Positions 1 to 9,269 of a stretch of DNA of 64,000 nucleotides are shown here, in pieces. The first letter of the stretch is position 1; the number at the start of each line of letters is the position of its first letter. The notes below the pieces were generated by a model that saw only the letters and a program-made list of their open reading frames with translations, had not been told where the DNA came from and did not search any database. This stretch comes from Clostridiales bacterium DTU069 (GTDB lineage Bacteria; Bacillota; Clostridia; DSM-8532), in contig LFRV01000074.1 of the NCBI GenBank assembly GCA_001512485.1, forward strand, positions 38,774 through 102,773, written 5' to 3'. A program made the translations under genes and the position numbers.

Positions 1-17
1 ATGTTTTTCGTTATAAA

Positions 18-1199
18 TCAAAGCCTTTTTGAGGGATGAATAATATCTGTAATCCTTACTCCAAAGCTTTCATCAATAACCACAACCTCACCCTTCGCCA
101 CATTTTTGCCGTTTACAAGAATATCAACAGGTTCGCCTGCAAGCTTATCGAGTTCAATTATCGACCCTTGTCCGAATTCAAGAATCTCTTTTATCTTTTT
201 CGTAGTTCGTCCGAGTTCAACGGTAATCTGCAGAGGCACATCCATTAACAGGCTAATATTCTGCACCTCAAAGGGCTGGCCCCCGGAATCGAACGATTGA
301 AACTGTGCAGGCTGGACATTAATCGGGCTTTGGTAACTCGGCTGCGTCATATAGGGCATTTGTCGGTTAGCGTCCTGGCGCGGCGGTTCCTGCCGGGGCT
401 GCGCAGCAAAACCCGGGGTGTCCCCGGCAGGAGATTTTCTCTCCGGCTGCTTCTGCAAAGGCTCCGGCGCAGCGGGCTGAGGCTCGGCCGGTATCAGCGG
501 TTCTTCCTTTTCGTTCGCCCTTAAAAGATTTTGCACAAGTTCTTTCGCAAAAGATATCGGAAGAAGCTGCATTATCTGACTGTCTATTAAATCTCCTACG
601 GTCAGTGAAAAGGCTACTTTAACAATCTGATCGTTTTTTTCTTCAAATTTGATATTTTCCCTGTCTTCTGCGAAATGAATCAGCCTTGATTCAGGCGGCG
701 AGATTTCCACTCTTTTTTCAAACATAGACGACATTGAAGTCGCCGCTGATCCTACCATTTGGTTCATCGCTTCACTTACCGCGCTCAAGTGCATTTCCGA
801 TAATTCCGCATCACCGTCAACATGTCCGCTTCCGCCCATCATAAGATCGGTTATTATTTTTACGTCGTTTATGCGCATTATCAAAAGGTTCGTTCCTATA
901 AGACCATCGATATACTGTACCTTGACCGCGACATATGGTTCAGGATACTGTTCCGACAGTTCTTCCCAAGTGGTAACGCTAACCCTTGGAGTGGTTATCG
1001 TAACTTTTTTGCCCAGCAATGTATACAGCGTAGTAGCGGAAGTTCCCATACTGATATTTCCTATTTCTCCTATAGCGTCAATTTCCTGGGGAGTCAGAAC
1101 TTCAGCATCGCTCCGGCTTTTTTCTTCCTGTTCTTCATCCATGCTAAGCGCTCCGCTCAATAACGCATCTATTTCGGCTTGCGAAAGCATATCACCCAT
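18..1199 (-). CDS. fliY: Flagellar motor switch phosphatase FliY (CheC-like domain plus FliN-type C-terminal domain)
   Basis: 393-aa ORF. It has the N-terminal LSQAEIDALL peptide, a CheC-like EIGNISMGTSATTL segment, a P/Q-rich linker and a C-terminal SpoA/FliN domain (LQITVELGRT...VNGKNVAKGEVVVID). It overlaps fliM by 1 nt. Confidence 0.9.
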   Translation of the reverse strand: MGDMLSQAEIDALLSGALSMDEEQEEKSRSDAEVLTPQEIDAIGEIGNISMGTSATTLYTLLGKKVTITTPRVSVTTWEELSEQYPEPYVAVKVQYIDGLIGTNLLIMRINDVKIITDLMMGGSGHVDGDAELSEMHLSAVSEAMNQMVGSAATSMSSMFEKRVEISPPESRLIHFAEDRENIKFEEKNDQIVKVAFSLTVGDLIDSQIMQLLPISFAKELVQNLLRANEKEEPLIPAEPQPAAPEPLQKQPERKSPAGDTPGFAAQPRQEPPRQDANRQMPYMTQPSYQSPINVQPAQFQSFDSGGQPFEVQNISLLMDVPLQITVELGRTTKKIKEILEFGQGSIIELDKLAGEPVDILVNGKNVAKGEVVVIDESFGVRITDIIHPSKRL

Positions 1200-2185
1200 T
1201 AATCGTCACTCCTTCTGATAACCTCGGTTATTTTCACCGCTGTTCTTTTATTCTTGACTCCGGGCTTTGCGTTGAATTTATGCAATTCGCCCACCATTAC
1301 CTCCATATCCCCGTTTACATTAGTATTAAGGGGAAGGACATCCCCTGCCTGAAGCTGCAGAAACTCCGATACCATCAGCGTTGTTCTTCCAAGAACAGCT
1401 ATCACCGGCACTTTTGTTTCCTGCACTCTCGCCTCGATTGATTTTTTTGTTTCTTCCGTCGTGCCCTTTTCAATCATCGAAAACCATATTTTTGTGCTCA
1501 GTTTCGACATAACCGGTTCAACAACCATATGGGGTATGCATAAATTCATTAACCCTTCCACATCACCTACTTTAGCCTGGAATGTGACAAGAGCTACCAT
1601 TTCGGTCGGATTCATAATCTGCACAAACTGTGCGTTTGTTTCAATCCTGTCAAGTGATGGTTTTACAACCGCGACATTTTCCCACGGATCGGTCATAAAC
1701 GTGAGCATCTGGGATATTATCCGCATGAGAATCGCAATTTCTATTTCCGTAAATCCGCGTACTTTTTCAATTCCGCTTCCTTTTCCCCCGAGAATTCTTT
1801 CAATCAAAGCATAGGCAATCGCAGGCGAAATATCGAAAACAATGCTTCCCGGCAGCGGATTAAAATTAACAATCGCCAAAACGGCCGGGTTCGCAATGGA
1901 GTTGGTAAACTCCGAGTATTGCACCGCCTCGATTGATATCACATCAACCTGGACAAGGGTACGCAAATAGCCCGACAGGAAGTTTGTGATATACCTCGCG
2001 TAATTCTCATGGATAATCTGCATCGTTCTCAGATGATCCTTCGCAAACTTGCTTGGCCTTTTAAAATCATGTTCCTTGATCTTTTTTTCACCGGTTTCGC
2101 TCTTGAATTCATAGACATTTATTTCCCCGGTGCTCAACTGCGCTAAAAGATCATCTATTTCATTCTGGGAAAGTATATCTCCCAT
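1199..2185 (-). CDS. fliM: Flagellar motor switch protein FliM
   Basis: 328-aa ORF with the N-terminal LSQNEIDDLL motif and a C-terminal SpoA-type domain (VIAVLGRTTLMVSEFLQLQAGDVLPL). It sits between fliL and fliY. Confidence 0.92.
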   Translation of the reverse strand: MGDILSQNEIDDLLAQLSTGEINVYEFKSETGEKKIKEHDFKRPSKFAKDHLRTMQIIHENYARYITNFLSGYLRTLVQVDVISIEAVQYSEFTNSIANPAVLAIVNFNPLPGSIVFDISPAIAYALIERILGGKGSGIEKVRGFTEIEIAILMRIISQMLTFMTDPWENVAVVKPSLDRIETNAQFVQIMNPTEMVALVTFQAKVGDVEGLMNLCIPHMVVEPVMSKLSTKIWFSMIEKGTTEETKKSIEARVQETKVPVIAVLGRTTLMVSEFLQLQAGDVLPLNTNVNGDMEVMVGELHKFNAKPGVKNKRTAVKITEVIRRSDD

Positions 2186-2263
2186 ATGTGCTTGTCCCCC
2201 CTTTGGTCAGGGAATTTGCTGCCCGCATGAATACAATTCATCACGGCTGACTTCATTTTAGGT

Positions 2264-2788
2264 CTACTGCGCGAACATCTGCAGCGTAACCTTGTATACT
2301 ATTTTTTCCATAGGGTGCTTGTTAGCGTTCAATATTTCATTAAACGTATTTATAAGATCATCTCTCGCCTTGTACCGCGTTTCGAGTTCTCTCGCTTCAG
2401 AAAGAGTCATCGCGGCAAAATAGTCGCCGACCGCTTCTTCAAGTTCGCTTAGGTACAATTCGGTAATTAGCGTGGTAATTTCATTTGCTTTTTTCTTTTT
2501 AGGTCCGGCATCACATTTTAATGAAACCGATACAAGCACAATCGCGTCGGGATGCTCGGGCTCGCTCTTCAGCGCAAACATTTTCTCTTCTCCGTTGAAG
2601 AGCTTAAATTCAATCATTTCGTCGTCCGGTACTATCCGTTCCGTCATCGTACCATCGGTTTGAACATCTCCTGCCGCCCTTACGTTTGGATTGTACGTTA
2701 CAAACAGGAATATTATAAGTACTGCCAACGTAAGCGTCAGCACTGCAATAATTGCCAGCAGTATTGTATATATGCTCTTCGATTCCAA
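2264..2788 (-). CDS. fliL: Flagellar basal-body-associated protein FliL
   Basis: 174-aa ORF with a single N-terminal TM helix (IYTILLAIIAVLTLTLAVLIIFLFV). Its position between flbD and fliM is conserved. Confidence 0.7.
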   Translation of the reverse strand: MESKSIYTILLAIIAVLTLTLAVLIIFLFVTYNPNVRAAGDVQTDGTMTERIVPDDEMIEFKLFNGEEKMFALKSEPEHPDAIVLVSVSLKCDAGPKKKKANEITTLITELYLSELEEAVGDYFAAMTLSEARELETRYKARDDLINTFNEILNANKHPMEKIVYKVTLQMFAQ

Positions 2789-2801
2789 AGAGATACACCC
2801 C

Positions 2802-3011
2802 TCACCCCGTTATATAATTTCCATTATTTGTGCAGAATATCTTTCGTTTATATTCTACCACCTTTTTTACAATATCATCAACATTTTCGGCCACTACGTA
2901 CTTTTTCCCGTTTGTAAGGGTTATAACCGTATCCGGAGTGGCTTCAACAGTTTCAATCCAGTCACAGTTAAGGACAAATTCCTTTTTATTAAGACGGGTT
3001 ACTTCAATCAT
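2802..3011 (-). CDS. flbD: Flagellar protein FlbD (SwrD family)
   Basis: 69-aa ORF, MIEVTRLNKKEFVLNCDWIETVEATPDTVITLTNGKKYVV. This is typical FlbD sequence, and the gene lies between flgE and fliL as swrD does in B. subtilis. Confidence 0.85.
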   Translation of the reverse strand: MIEVTRLNKKEFVLNCDWIETVEATPDTVITLTNGKKYVVAENVDDIVKKVVEYKRKIFCTNNGNYITG

Positions 3012-3060
3012 GGCTTCACACTCCTTTCCGGAGTATATATCCGGCTTTCAGCCCTTTATA

Positions 3061-3092
3061 CCGGAAACCGGATTCAAGCATCCGGTTTCCGG
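3061..3092 (-). promoter_or_regulatory. Perfect 13-bp stem-loop in the flgE-flbD intergenic region
   Basis: CCGGAAACCGGAT tcaagc ATCCGGTTTCCGG, with no U tract after it on the minus strand. Confidence 0.6.
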
Positions 3093-3133
3093 TACCTGCC
3101 CGTTACGTTAACTAAACAAAATTAAACTATTTA

Positions 3134-4606
3134 TTATCTCTTCATGTTCGCAAGCTCCTGCAGTATTTCATCGGACGTTGTCATAACACGGCTGTTTGCC
3201 TGGAACCCACGCTGTGTAACAATCATTTCGGTAAACTGCTGCGCAAGGTCGACGTTTGACATTTCCAGCGTTCCCGGGTTTAATGTGCCCGCCCCTTCGG
3301 TGCCCGGCCTGAATGCCCTGTTGAAATCACCGGAGTTCGATGTGGGCAGGAACAGGTTGTTCCCCGCCTTCTGCAAGCCGGCGGCGTTGTCGAAAACTGC
3401 AAGCGCAATGAGTCCGAGAGGCTGCTGACGGCCGTTGCTGTATACACCGGTAAGGACACCATCACTGCCTATGCTGAACGAAACAAGGCTTCCCGGAGGA
3501 TATCCGTCAACCTGCGTCGGTTTGACCGAACTGTCGTCGGCGTACATCGACAGTTTTTCAAAGTTAAGCTCAAATATAAACTCATCGGTTCCGACACTCG
3601 GATCGGGTATTACCTTGATTGGCTGTCTTACGTTAAAAGCAGGGTCGTCGGTAATAATCTTACCGTCACTGTTAAACTTTATGTACCCTGCGGCGCTGCT
3701 TCCTTCCTCTTCGGTTTCAAACTCAGCGCCGGCTCCCGTAACTGTATAATACCATGACGTTTCATTTGCTTCGGAATCAACAAAGTTCTTCCAGAACCTG
3801 ACATTAAGTTTATACTCATTTCCGAGCTTATCGTAAACCGTTAAAGGAACGATAAAATGAGGTTCAAAATTTGATGTCCCATCGTCGGGTATGCCATCCG
3901 GCTCCGGCTCCGGCTGCTGCCCTTCTTCCACTTCCGGCAAGCCGTCAGGCCCTACCACATCATTAATGGCGTTCATTGCTCCCGTACCAACCGCACTTCC
4001 GCTGTAACCTCCCACGGGTGCTTTCGTGGCATCAAGATTTCCCGACAGGACCGCCTTGGTTGTAACCTGCGCCGCAATGAGGCGTTTGTTCATATTGTAT
4101 TCGTCTTCGTAAAGGTTCAGCGGCTTAATTTCTTCCTGCGTATCAAAAATGTAATTCCCTTCGTTGTCAATCTCGTATTTCTGCCATCCAAGCAGGTTCA
4201 GTCCTTGCGCGGTAACAATGTTTCCGAGTTTATCGATCGCGAAATTTCCCGCGCGGGTGAACATCGGCGTGCCTTCAGTACCTGCGCGTACAATGAAAAA
4301 GCCTTCCCCCTCTATCGATAAATCCGTCGGATTGTCTGTGCGCTGAAGGCTTCCGCGCCCCATTAAAGTGTCGACTGCGTTAACATTCATGCCAAGACCA
4401 ATCTGCATCGGGTTCGTTCCGCCTCTGCCGGTGTTCGGGTCCGGCGCTCCGGCTCCGGACATCGTTTGGGCGAATATTTCAGCGAATGTCGTACGGCTGG
4501 CTTTATAGCCAATAGTATTAACATTCGCGATATTATTGCCTATTACGTCCATTTTTGTCTGGTGTGATTTCAAGCCTGAAACGCTTGAAAACATCGATCG
4601 CATCAT
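3134..4606 (-). CDS. flgE: Flagellar hook protein FlgE
   Basis: 490-aa ORF. The N-terminal rod/hook consensus (SGLKSHQTKMDVIGNNIANVNTIGYK) and the C-terminal LEMSNVDLAQQFTEMIVTQRGFQANSR are both present. Confidence 0.92.
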   Translation of the reverse strand: MMRSMFSSVSGLKSHQTKMDVIGNNIANVNTIGYKASRTTFAEIFAQTMSGAGAPDPNTGRGGTNPMQIGLGMNVNAVDTLMGRGSLQRTDNPTDLSIEGEGFFIVRAGTEGTPMFTRAGNFAIDKLGNIVTAQGLNLLGWQKYEIDNEGNYIFDTQEEIKPLNLYEDEYNMNKRLIAAQVTTKAVLSGNLDATKAPVGGYSGSAVGTGAMNAINDVVGPDGLPEVEEGQQPEPEPDGIPDDGTSNFEPHFIVPLTVYDKLGNEYKLNVRFWKNFVDSEANETSWYYTVTGAGAEFETEEEGSSAAGYIKFNSDGKIITDDPAFNVRQPIKVIPDPSVGTDEFIFELNFEKLSMYADDSSVKPTQVDGYPPGSLVSFSIGSDGVLTGVYSNGRQQPLGLIALAVFDNAAGLQKAGNNLFLPTSNSGDFNRAFRPGTEGAGTLNPGTLEMSNVDLAQQFTEMIVTQRGFQANSRVMTTSDEILQELANMKR

Positions 4607-4741
4607 AAAGTATCAACCTCCCCGGGTTACCGCTCCTTCCGTCGTTCCGGAGCGGACAGCCTCCCGATCGGGTCCGGCTGCATAACCCCTTATTCAATAT
4701 ATCGGTTATTAATTAATGATTATTAATGAAACACTCCGCAA

Positions 4742-5128
4742 TCAGTCCGCAAAAACAGCGCCGTCAATGTTTGTAAAAACATTCTCCTTTAACTCGCCGC
4801 CGTTAATCGCGGTTACGACGACCCGGTTCTTTACGTTAACCACAAGAGCCATATTGTCCATAACCACAAGAGTGTTCCTTACTCCTTTCGCATCCGCTTT
4901 GTCAACCGCATCCGAAAGCTTTGCCCGCTGATTATCGTCCAGGTTCAGATTCCGCATTTCCATTCTGAGCCGGGCATGTTTTGAAATTTTTACTTCCCTG
5001 TCGTCAATAAGCTTTTTTTGCAGTATGCCCGCAAAATCCGCCGCTTCATTAATTTGCCTCTGTTCAGGTTTAACGCCGGCCGGCCTCATAAAAGGTATAC
5101 CGGAAACTGGCTTATTGTTAATAATCAT
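4742..5128 (-). CDS. Small conserved flagellar-operon protein (TIGR02530-like), function unknown
   Basis: 128-aa ORF between flgD and flgE. The KISKHARLRMEMRNLNL...KGVRNTLVVMDNMALVVNVKNRVVVTAI pattern matches the family usually found at this position in Clostridia. It overlaps flgD by 4 nt. Confidence 0.6.
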   Translation of the reverse strand: MIINNKPVSGIPFMRPAGVKPEQRQINEAADFAGILQKKLIDDREVKISKHARLRMEMRNLNLDDNQRAKLSDAVDKADAKGVRNTLVVMDNMALVVNVKNRVVVTAINGGELKENVFTNIDGAVFAD

Positions 5129-6207
5129 TGGTTTTCACCTCCGGCTGCGTGAGCGTTTGCGTTTTCTCCGTCCCCAGAATCGACAGCGTCTCCGGAACTT
5201 CCGGCATCGTTTGTGCCATCGGACGCACCTTCCGCTTCGCCGTCCGTGTTTTCAGGTCCTTCAGGTTCTTCGGTGTCTTCCGGGTCATCTGTCATACCGG
5301 GCATTTTTTCATCAAGTGCTTTCAGTGTCTGAAGTATCTCCATGAGAAGCTGCTGCTCGGTGGAAAAAAGATCAATTCTTCGCGCCGAAACTATGTTTTT
5401 CACCGGTACATTTACCTTATCAACTATTACATGGAAGCACTTACTCTCCTCGTCATAAACGCCGTCCCTGAGAACGCATGCGAGTTCAATCGGTTCTCCG
5501 GTTTTTGCGTCTTTTGCCCTAAAGACAACCTCCCGGCCTTTCATGCCGTCAATGTATTCCTGCTCGGTTTCAAAGGCATCCTTCCGGATATCCTTAACGC
5601 TTAGAATTACTTCATCAAGACTCGCGTAAATTCCATCGTCGCCCTTCCATATTGTCGCGACTATGCCTTCCATTACGTAAGGAGATTCGCCTTCCACCAG
5701 TACGGTTTCCGCGGTGCCCAGTAGTCCAATAAGGTTGCTGTAACGTTCAAGTTCAGCATCTTCGCGTCCTAATGGAGTATCGGAAACACTTGAGATTTTG
5801 CCAAGCGGAACATCTTCCCCGTTCACAACGAGGTACACCTGTCCGGATGCAGAGCGCACTGCCGTGACTTCACCTTCCACATATTTGATCTCTCCGGTTT
5901 TTTCATCGGGTATAATCGCTGAAATATACTTACCCATCAATGAAAACCCCATTGAGTAGGAAAACGAACTGTTCAGGTTCTGCATCTGTTCTAGCGCGCT
6001 GAACTGCGCAATCTGGGCGATAAAGTCCTGATCGTCCATCGGTTCAAGCGGATCCTGGTGCTGGAGCTGCGTAATAAGAAGCTTCAGGAAAGCGTCTTTT
6101 CCAAGATCATTATCAACGCTGCGGCTTTCTTTCAATGCTTCATAGGAACCAACTATTTCGTCAACTGTTTTCATTCCTGTCGAATACGCCTGTGACATTG
6201 CTATCAC
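5125..6207 (-). CDS. flgD: Flagellar hook capping/assembly protein FlgD, with a long acidic C-terminal tail
   Basis: 360-aa ORF with the FlgD N-terminal signature KDAFLKLLITQLQHQDPLEPMDDQDFIAQIAQFSALEQ. The C-terminal ~60 aa are D/E/G-rich low complexity. Confidence 0.85.
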   Translation of the reverse strand: MIAMSQAYSTGMKTVDEIVGSYEALKESRSVDNDLGKDAFLKLLITQLQHQDPLEPMDDQDFIAQIAQFSALEQMQNLNSSFSYSMGFSLMGKYISAIIPDEKTGEIKYVEGEVTAVRSASGQVYLVVNGEDVPLGKISSVSDTPLGREDAELERYSNLIGLLGTAETVLVEGESPYVMEGIVATIWKGDDGIYASLDEVILSVKDIRKDAFETEQEYIDGMKGREVVFRAKDAKTGEPIELACVLRDGVYDEESKCFHVIVDKVNVPVKNIVSARRIDLFSTEQQLLMEILQTLKALDEKMPGMTDDPEDTEEPEGPENTDGEAEGASDGTNDAGSSGDAVDSGDGENANAHAAGGENQ

Positions 6208-6215
6208 CTCCTTCT

Positions 6216-7754
6216 TTACGCGGTCAGGTCAATTGCAGATCTTTCCATTTGAATGAGCCCGTCCGCCGTGCCTCCAAACCGGTATGTTTGATGTATGTCG
6301 TCTGTCGGCACCGTTGAGGGTGCTGGTGTTTTTCTGCCAATGGCCCGTCCGCTGCGGCTTCGATTATTATCCGCGTATTGCCCGCCCTGGCCGTTTTGTT
6401 CAACCGATACCGCAAGGCTTTGCAGTTCTATGCCGCTTCTTCGCAGCGAATCCTCCAAAAAGCGCAGGTTGCTTTCAATTATGGCTTTTACCTGCTCATT
6501 TTCCGCAATAAATCCGGCCGTAATCCCGTCACGCTCATGAATAACCCGCAGCGTCAGCTTACCGATGCTTTCAGGTTTAAGTTCAATAACCATTTCAGTC
6601 CTACTTTCGCTGAATAATGTTTCGGCTTTTTCAATTACCTGCCGGATTATTTGATACTCATAACTTTCCGTTTGCCGCAATCCGGCCACAGGTGGTTTAT
6701 CCTCTGTCCGCAAAACCGAAGTCGCTGCATTCGGAATTTCGGCCTGTACGATTACGGTATTTGCGGCAAAATCATGTTCGGCATCGCCTTCCGCCGCGGC
6801 AAAGGTCTTTTGACTATCCATCGGGCTTTGTTCCTGGCGCATTCCTGCCTCACTTTTCGAACTGTCGTCGTTAATAATTTCTGCCGCATGTTCCGCTGGA
6901 AACTCACTGCCAATAGCATTTGACTCGGCGTATTCCGGCTGCTCAATACCTTCGGCATTATTCGAAGCGCCGGTGCGTTCCACGGTAAACTCGGAAGGAA
7001 TTTCCGTGGCTATCCGGTGTTTTATCGTTTCCGTTTCAGAAAGCATTTTTTGAACAAGCGCTTCAAGATCGTATATGAATTCGATCAGAACTTGTTCATC
7101 ACCGGCGTTTCGCGCTTCATACAAACCATTTTGAAGCATTTGCAAAAGCCTGTCCGCAAAAGCCTGCTCAAGTTCAGGCATACCCGATGCCTTAATAAAC
7201 TCTTCGGCTTCGGTCAGATTAAGCAGAATCTGTTGCTTTAATTCCTCCAATTTTACGCTTCCAGGGTTCTCCCCGATGCTGTCCGTTTCCGCTATGGATT
7301 GATAAAACATATGGAGAAGCGCTGAGATATCAGCCAGAAGACCCTGGAGAATTTCAATCCGCTTCATTAAAATTTCCTGTTTCGGTTCGAGGTCGGAAAC
7401 TTCCCGCGTTGATTCGGTGTCCGCCGATTTACCGCTGTCCTGTTCGCCGTTTTCGGTACCTGAAACGATTTCCCGATCGGTCGGCATGATCTTTTCATCG
7501 ACAAGACCATCGGAATATCCTATCTCAGACTGCGTTTTCAAGCGCTGTCCGGGCGCATTCAGCGAAGATACGGCACGATTGGCGCTGTGTATGGACTGTC
7601 TTTTCTCAGACATATCGGTCCTTTGCACCGAGCGCATACTCCTGTCGAGGATTTCAGAAAAGCCGTCTTTTACGGAGCCACGTTTGCACGCCGAATCACC
7701 TGAATTCGCGGCCGTTTGCAGTGGTACCAGCATTTTTGGGCTTGCGCATAGCAT
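6216..7754 (-). CDS. fliK: Flagellar hook-length control protein FliK
   Basis: 512-aa ORF. It has a disordered N-terminal part and a C-terminal Flg_hook-type domain (EMVIELKPESIGKLTLRVIHERDGITAGFIAENEQVKAIIESNL). It lies between the ylxF-like gene and flgD. Confidence 0.75.
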   Translation of the reverse strand: MLCASPKMLVPLQTAANSGDSACKRGSVKDGFSEILDRSMRSVQRTDMSEKRQSIHSANRAVSSLNAPGQRLKTQSEIGYSDGLVDEKIMPTDREIVSGTENGEQDSGKSADTESTREVSDLEPKQEILMKRIEILQGLLADISALLHMFYQSIAETDSIGENPGSVKLEELKQQILLNLTEAEEFIKASGMPELEQAFADRLLQMLQNGLYEARNAGDEQVLIEFIYDLEALVQKMLSETETIKHRIATEIPSEFTVERTGASNNAEGIEQPEYAESNAIGSEFPAEHAAEIINDDSSKSEAGMRQEQSPMDSQKTFAAAEGDAEHDFAANTVIVQAEIPNAATSVLRTEDKPPVAGLRQTESYEYQIIRQVIEKAETLFSESRTEMVIELKPESIGKLTLRVIHERDGITAGFIAENEQVKAIIESNLRFLEDSLRRSGIELQSLAVSVEQNGQGGQYADNNRSRSGRAIGRKTPAPSTVPTDDIHQTYRFGGTADGLIQMERSAIDLTA

Positions 7755-7871
7755 ATATCATCACCTCCTTGCATTATTAATTAATTATTTTAACAGCGGT
7801 TTATGCCGCTGCTCGACCGATTGAGCAATACTGATTTCATATTATATTTTTCAAAGCATTTATAATAGTTT

Positions 7872-8708
7872 TCAGTCATTCTCTTTAAGGTTCCTGTCGG
7901 CGAGCTTCTTGATAAGCTCCGCGGCAAGCTCCGGATCCATGTTTTCCATTATCTCAGCAGATTCATCCGCTTTCATAAGGCTAATAATATCAAGCACCAA
8001 CTCGATGTCTCTGTCTTTTAACTCCGTCAGGACAGCGGCCGCATTTGCGGGCTCCATTTCGGCATATGTTTTCGCCATTTTTTTCACTTGCTGATCGGCG
8101 GCTTCCTGTTTAATAATTTCCGTATATATTTTCTGTGCCGTTTCAGGGTCAATCCTGTTAAAATAATCCTTTAGCCCTTCAGGATTGCCGTTCGCGATAA
8201 TTTGCGCAACCTCTTCCTTCTCTTTTTGAAGCTGTGCCCTCTCTTGTTCTATTCGTTCAAGTAGTTTTTCATTTTCAAGTTTTACGGCCTCTGCTTCGTC
8301 CTTCAGCGAACTTAACTGTTCTTTTTCGCCTTCAAGCTCCATAATGCGCCGGTTTGCCTCTTCAAGCCTTAAAGTCAGGTCGGCTTTGTCACTTCTGAAT
8401 TCATTGTATTTTTTTACTAATTCGGCCTGGGTAAGATGTTTCGGATCATCGGGATCTTCCCAAGCCGGAAGAGGGGGAAGGGCATGCCTGATTATGGGAG
8501 TTTTCTCTATCCGCGGACGAAAGTATTCCCCAAGGTTATATACATTATTTTTCAGCACATAATAAAAAGCCCCTCCGAATACTGCAAGCACGATAAGTAT
8601 TGATAACAGAACGGTCAGCAATCCGTGCAAAAACCCTTCCGATCCACCCTTACTATCGCTTCCATGCGGTACCGGGGCTTCCGCTTTTGTTTTTATTTTT
8701 CCTGCCAT
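7872..8708 (-). CDS. YlxF/MotE-like flagellar protein (TM helix, coiled coil, MgtE-N-like domain)
   Basis: 278-aa ORF with an N-terminal TM helix, a coiled-coil E/K-rich centre and a C-terminal AEMEPANAAAVLTEL...AEIMENMDPELAAELIKKL segment. It lies between fliJ and fliK, as B. subtilis ylxF does. Confidence 0.55.
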   Translation of the reverse strand: MAGKIKTKAEAPVPHGSDSKGGSEGFLHGLLTVLLSILIVLAVFGGAFYYVLKNNVYNLGEYFRPRIEKTPIIRHALPPLPAWEDPDDPKHLTQAELVKKYNEFRSDKADLTLRLEEANRRIMELEGEKEQLSSLKDEAEAVKLENEKLLERIEQERAQLQKEKEEVAQIIANGNPEGLKDYFNRIDPETAQKIYTEIIKQEAADQQVKKMAKTYAEMEPANAAAVLTELKDRDIELVLDIISLMKADESAEIMENMDPELAAELIKKLADRNLKEND

Positions 8709-8717
8709 GGTCCTCTC

Positions 8718-9182
8718 CTATGACATTATGTTTTCAGTTTCTTCATTTGCATATTTCGCATATCCGGCAAGCTCGTCAACCTGTACCCGCTCAATCCTGT
8801 CCTGTTCCTTTCTGAACCTGTCAAATTCTTTTTCTCTTAGCTTTTCAAGCAGCTTCTTTTCCTTCATTATTTCAATAAGCCTTGCTCTTATTTTATCGAC
8901 ATTTCTTATTTCTTCATTAACCCTCTGCTGCTGTAAATCTTCTTTTTCATACATAGCCTTCAAATACTCAAGCCTTTGCCTGAGCTTGGAAACCCTGATT
9001 TTCCGGGCTCCGTCCTTACGGTATTCATTTTCCTGCGAGGCAATATCAAGCTGTATCTCCTTAAGAATGGCCTTTTGTCTTTCAAGTTCCCGGATTGCTA
9101 TGCCAAGCTCATTCTTAACGCTTTTTTCAAGTTGTCTTTTTACGTTAAGGAGCACCTGCAGCCTGAAATCAAATTTTGCCAT
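8718..9182 (-). CDS. fliJ: Flagellar export chaperone FliJ
   Basis: 154-aa all-coiled-coil ORF starting MAKFDFRLQVLLNVKRQLE, directly downstream of fliI. Confidence 0.75.
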   Translation of the reverse strand: MAKFDFRLQVLLNVKRQLEKSVKNELGIAIRELERQKAILKEIQLDIASQENEYRKDGARKIRVSKLRQRLEYLKAMYEKEDLQQQRVNEEIRNVDKIRARLIEIMKEKKLLEKLREKEFDRFRKEQDRIERVQVDELAGYAKYANEETENIMS

Positions 9183-9269
9183 AGAAACCTCCGATTCATG
9201 CTATAACAAGTAAAAATTTTATAGTTTTCTTATTAAATTCATGATATAACGACGGGGGAGAAATTAAGA

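Noticed and set aside
8707-9213. A 168-aa plus-strand ORF covering all of fliJ
   Set aside because: It is a Ser/Phe/Leu low-complexity translation of the antisense of a Lys/Glu-rich coiled-coil gene. The operon context supports fliJ.
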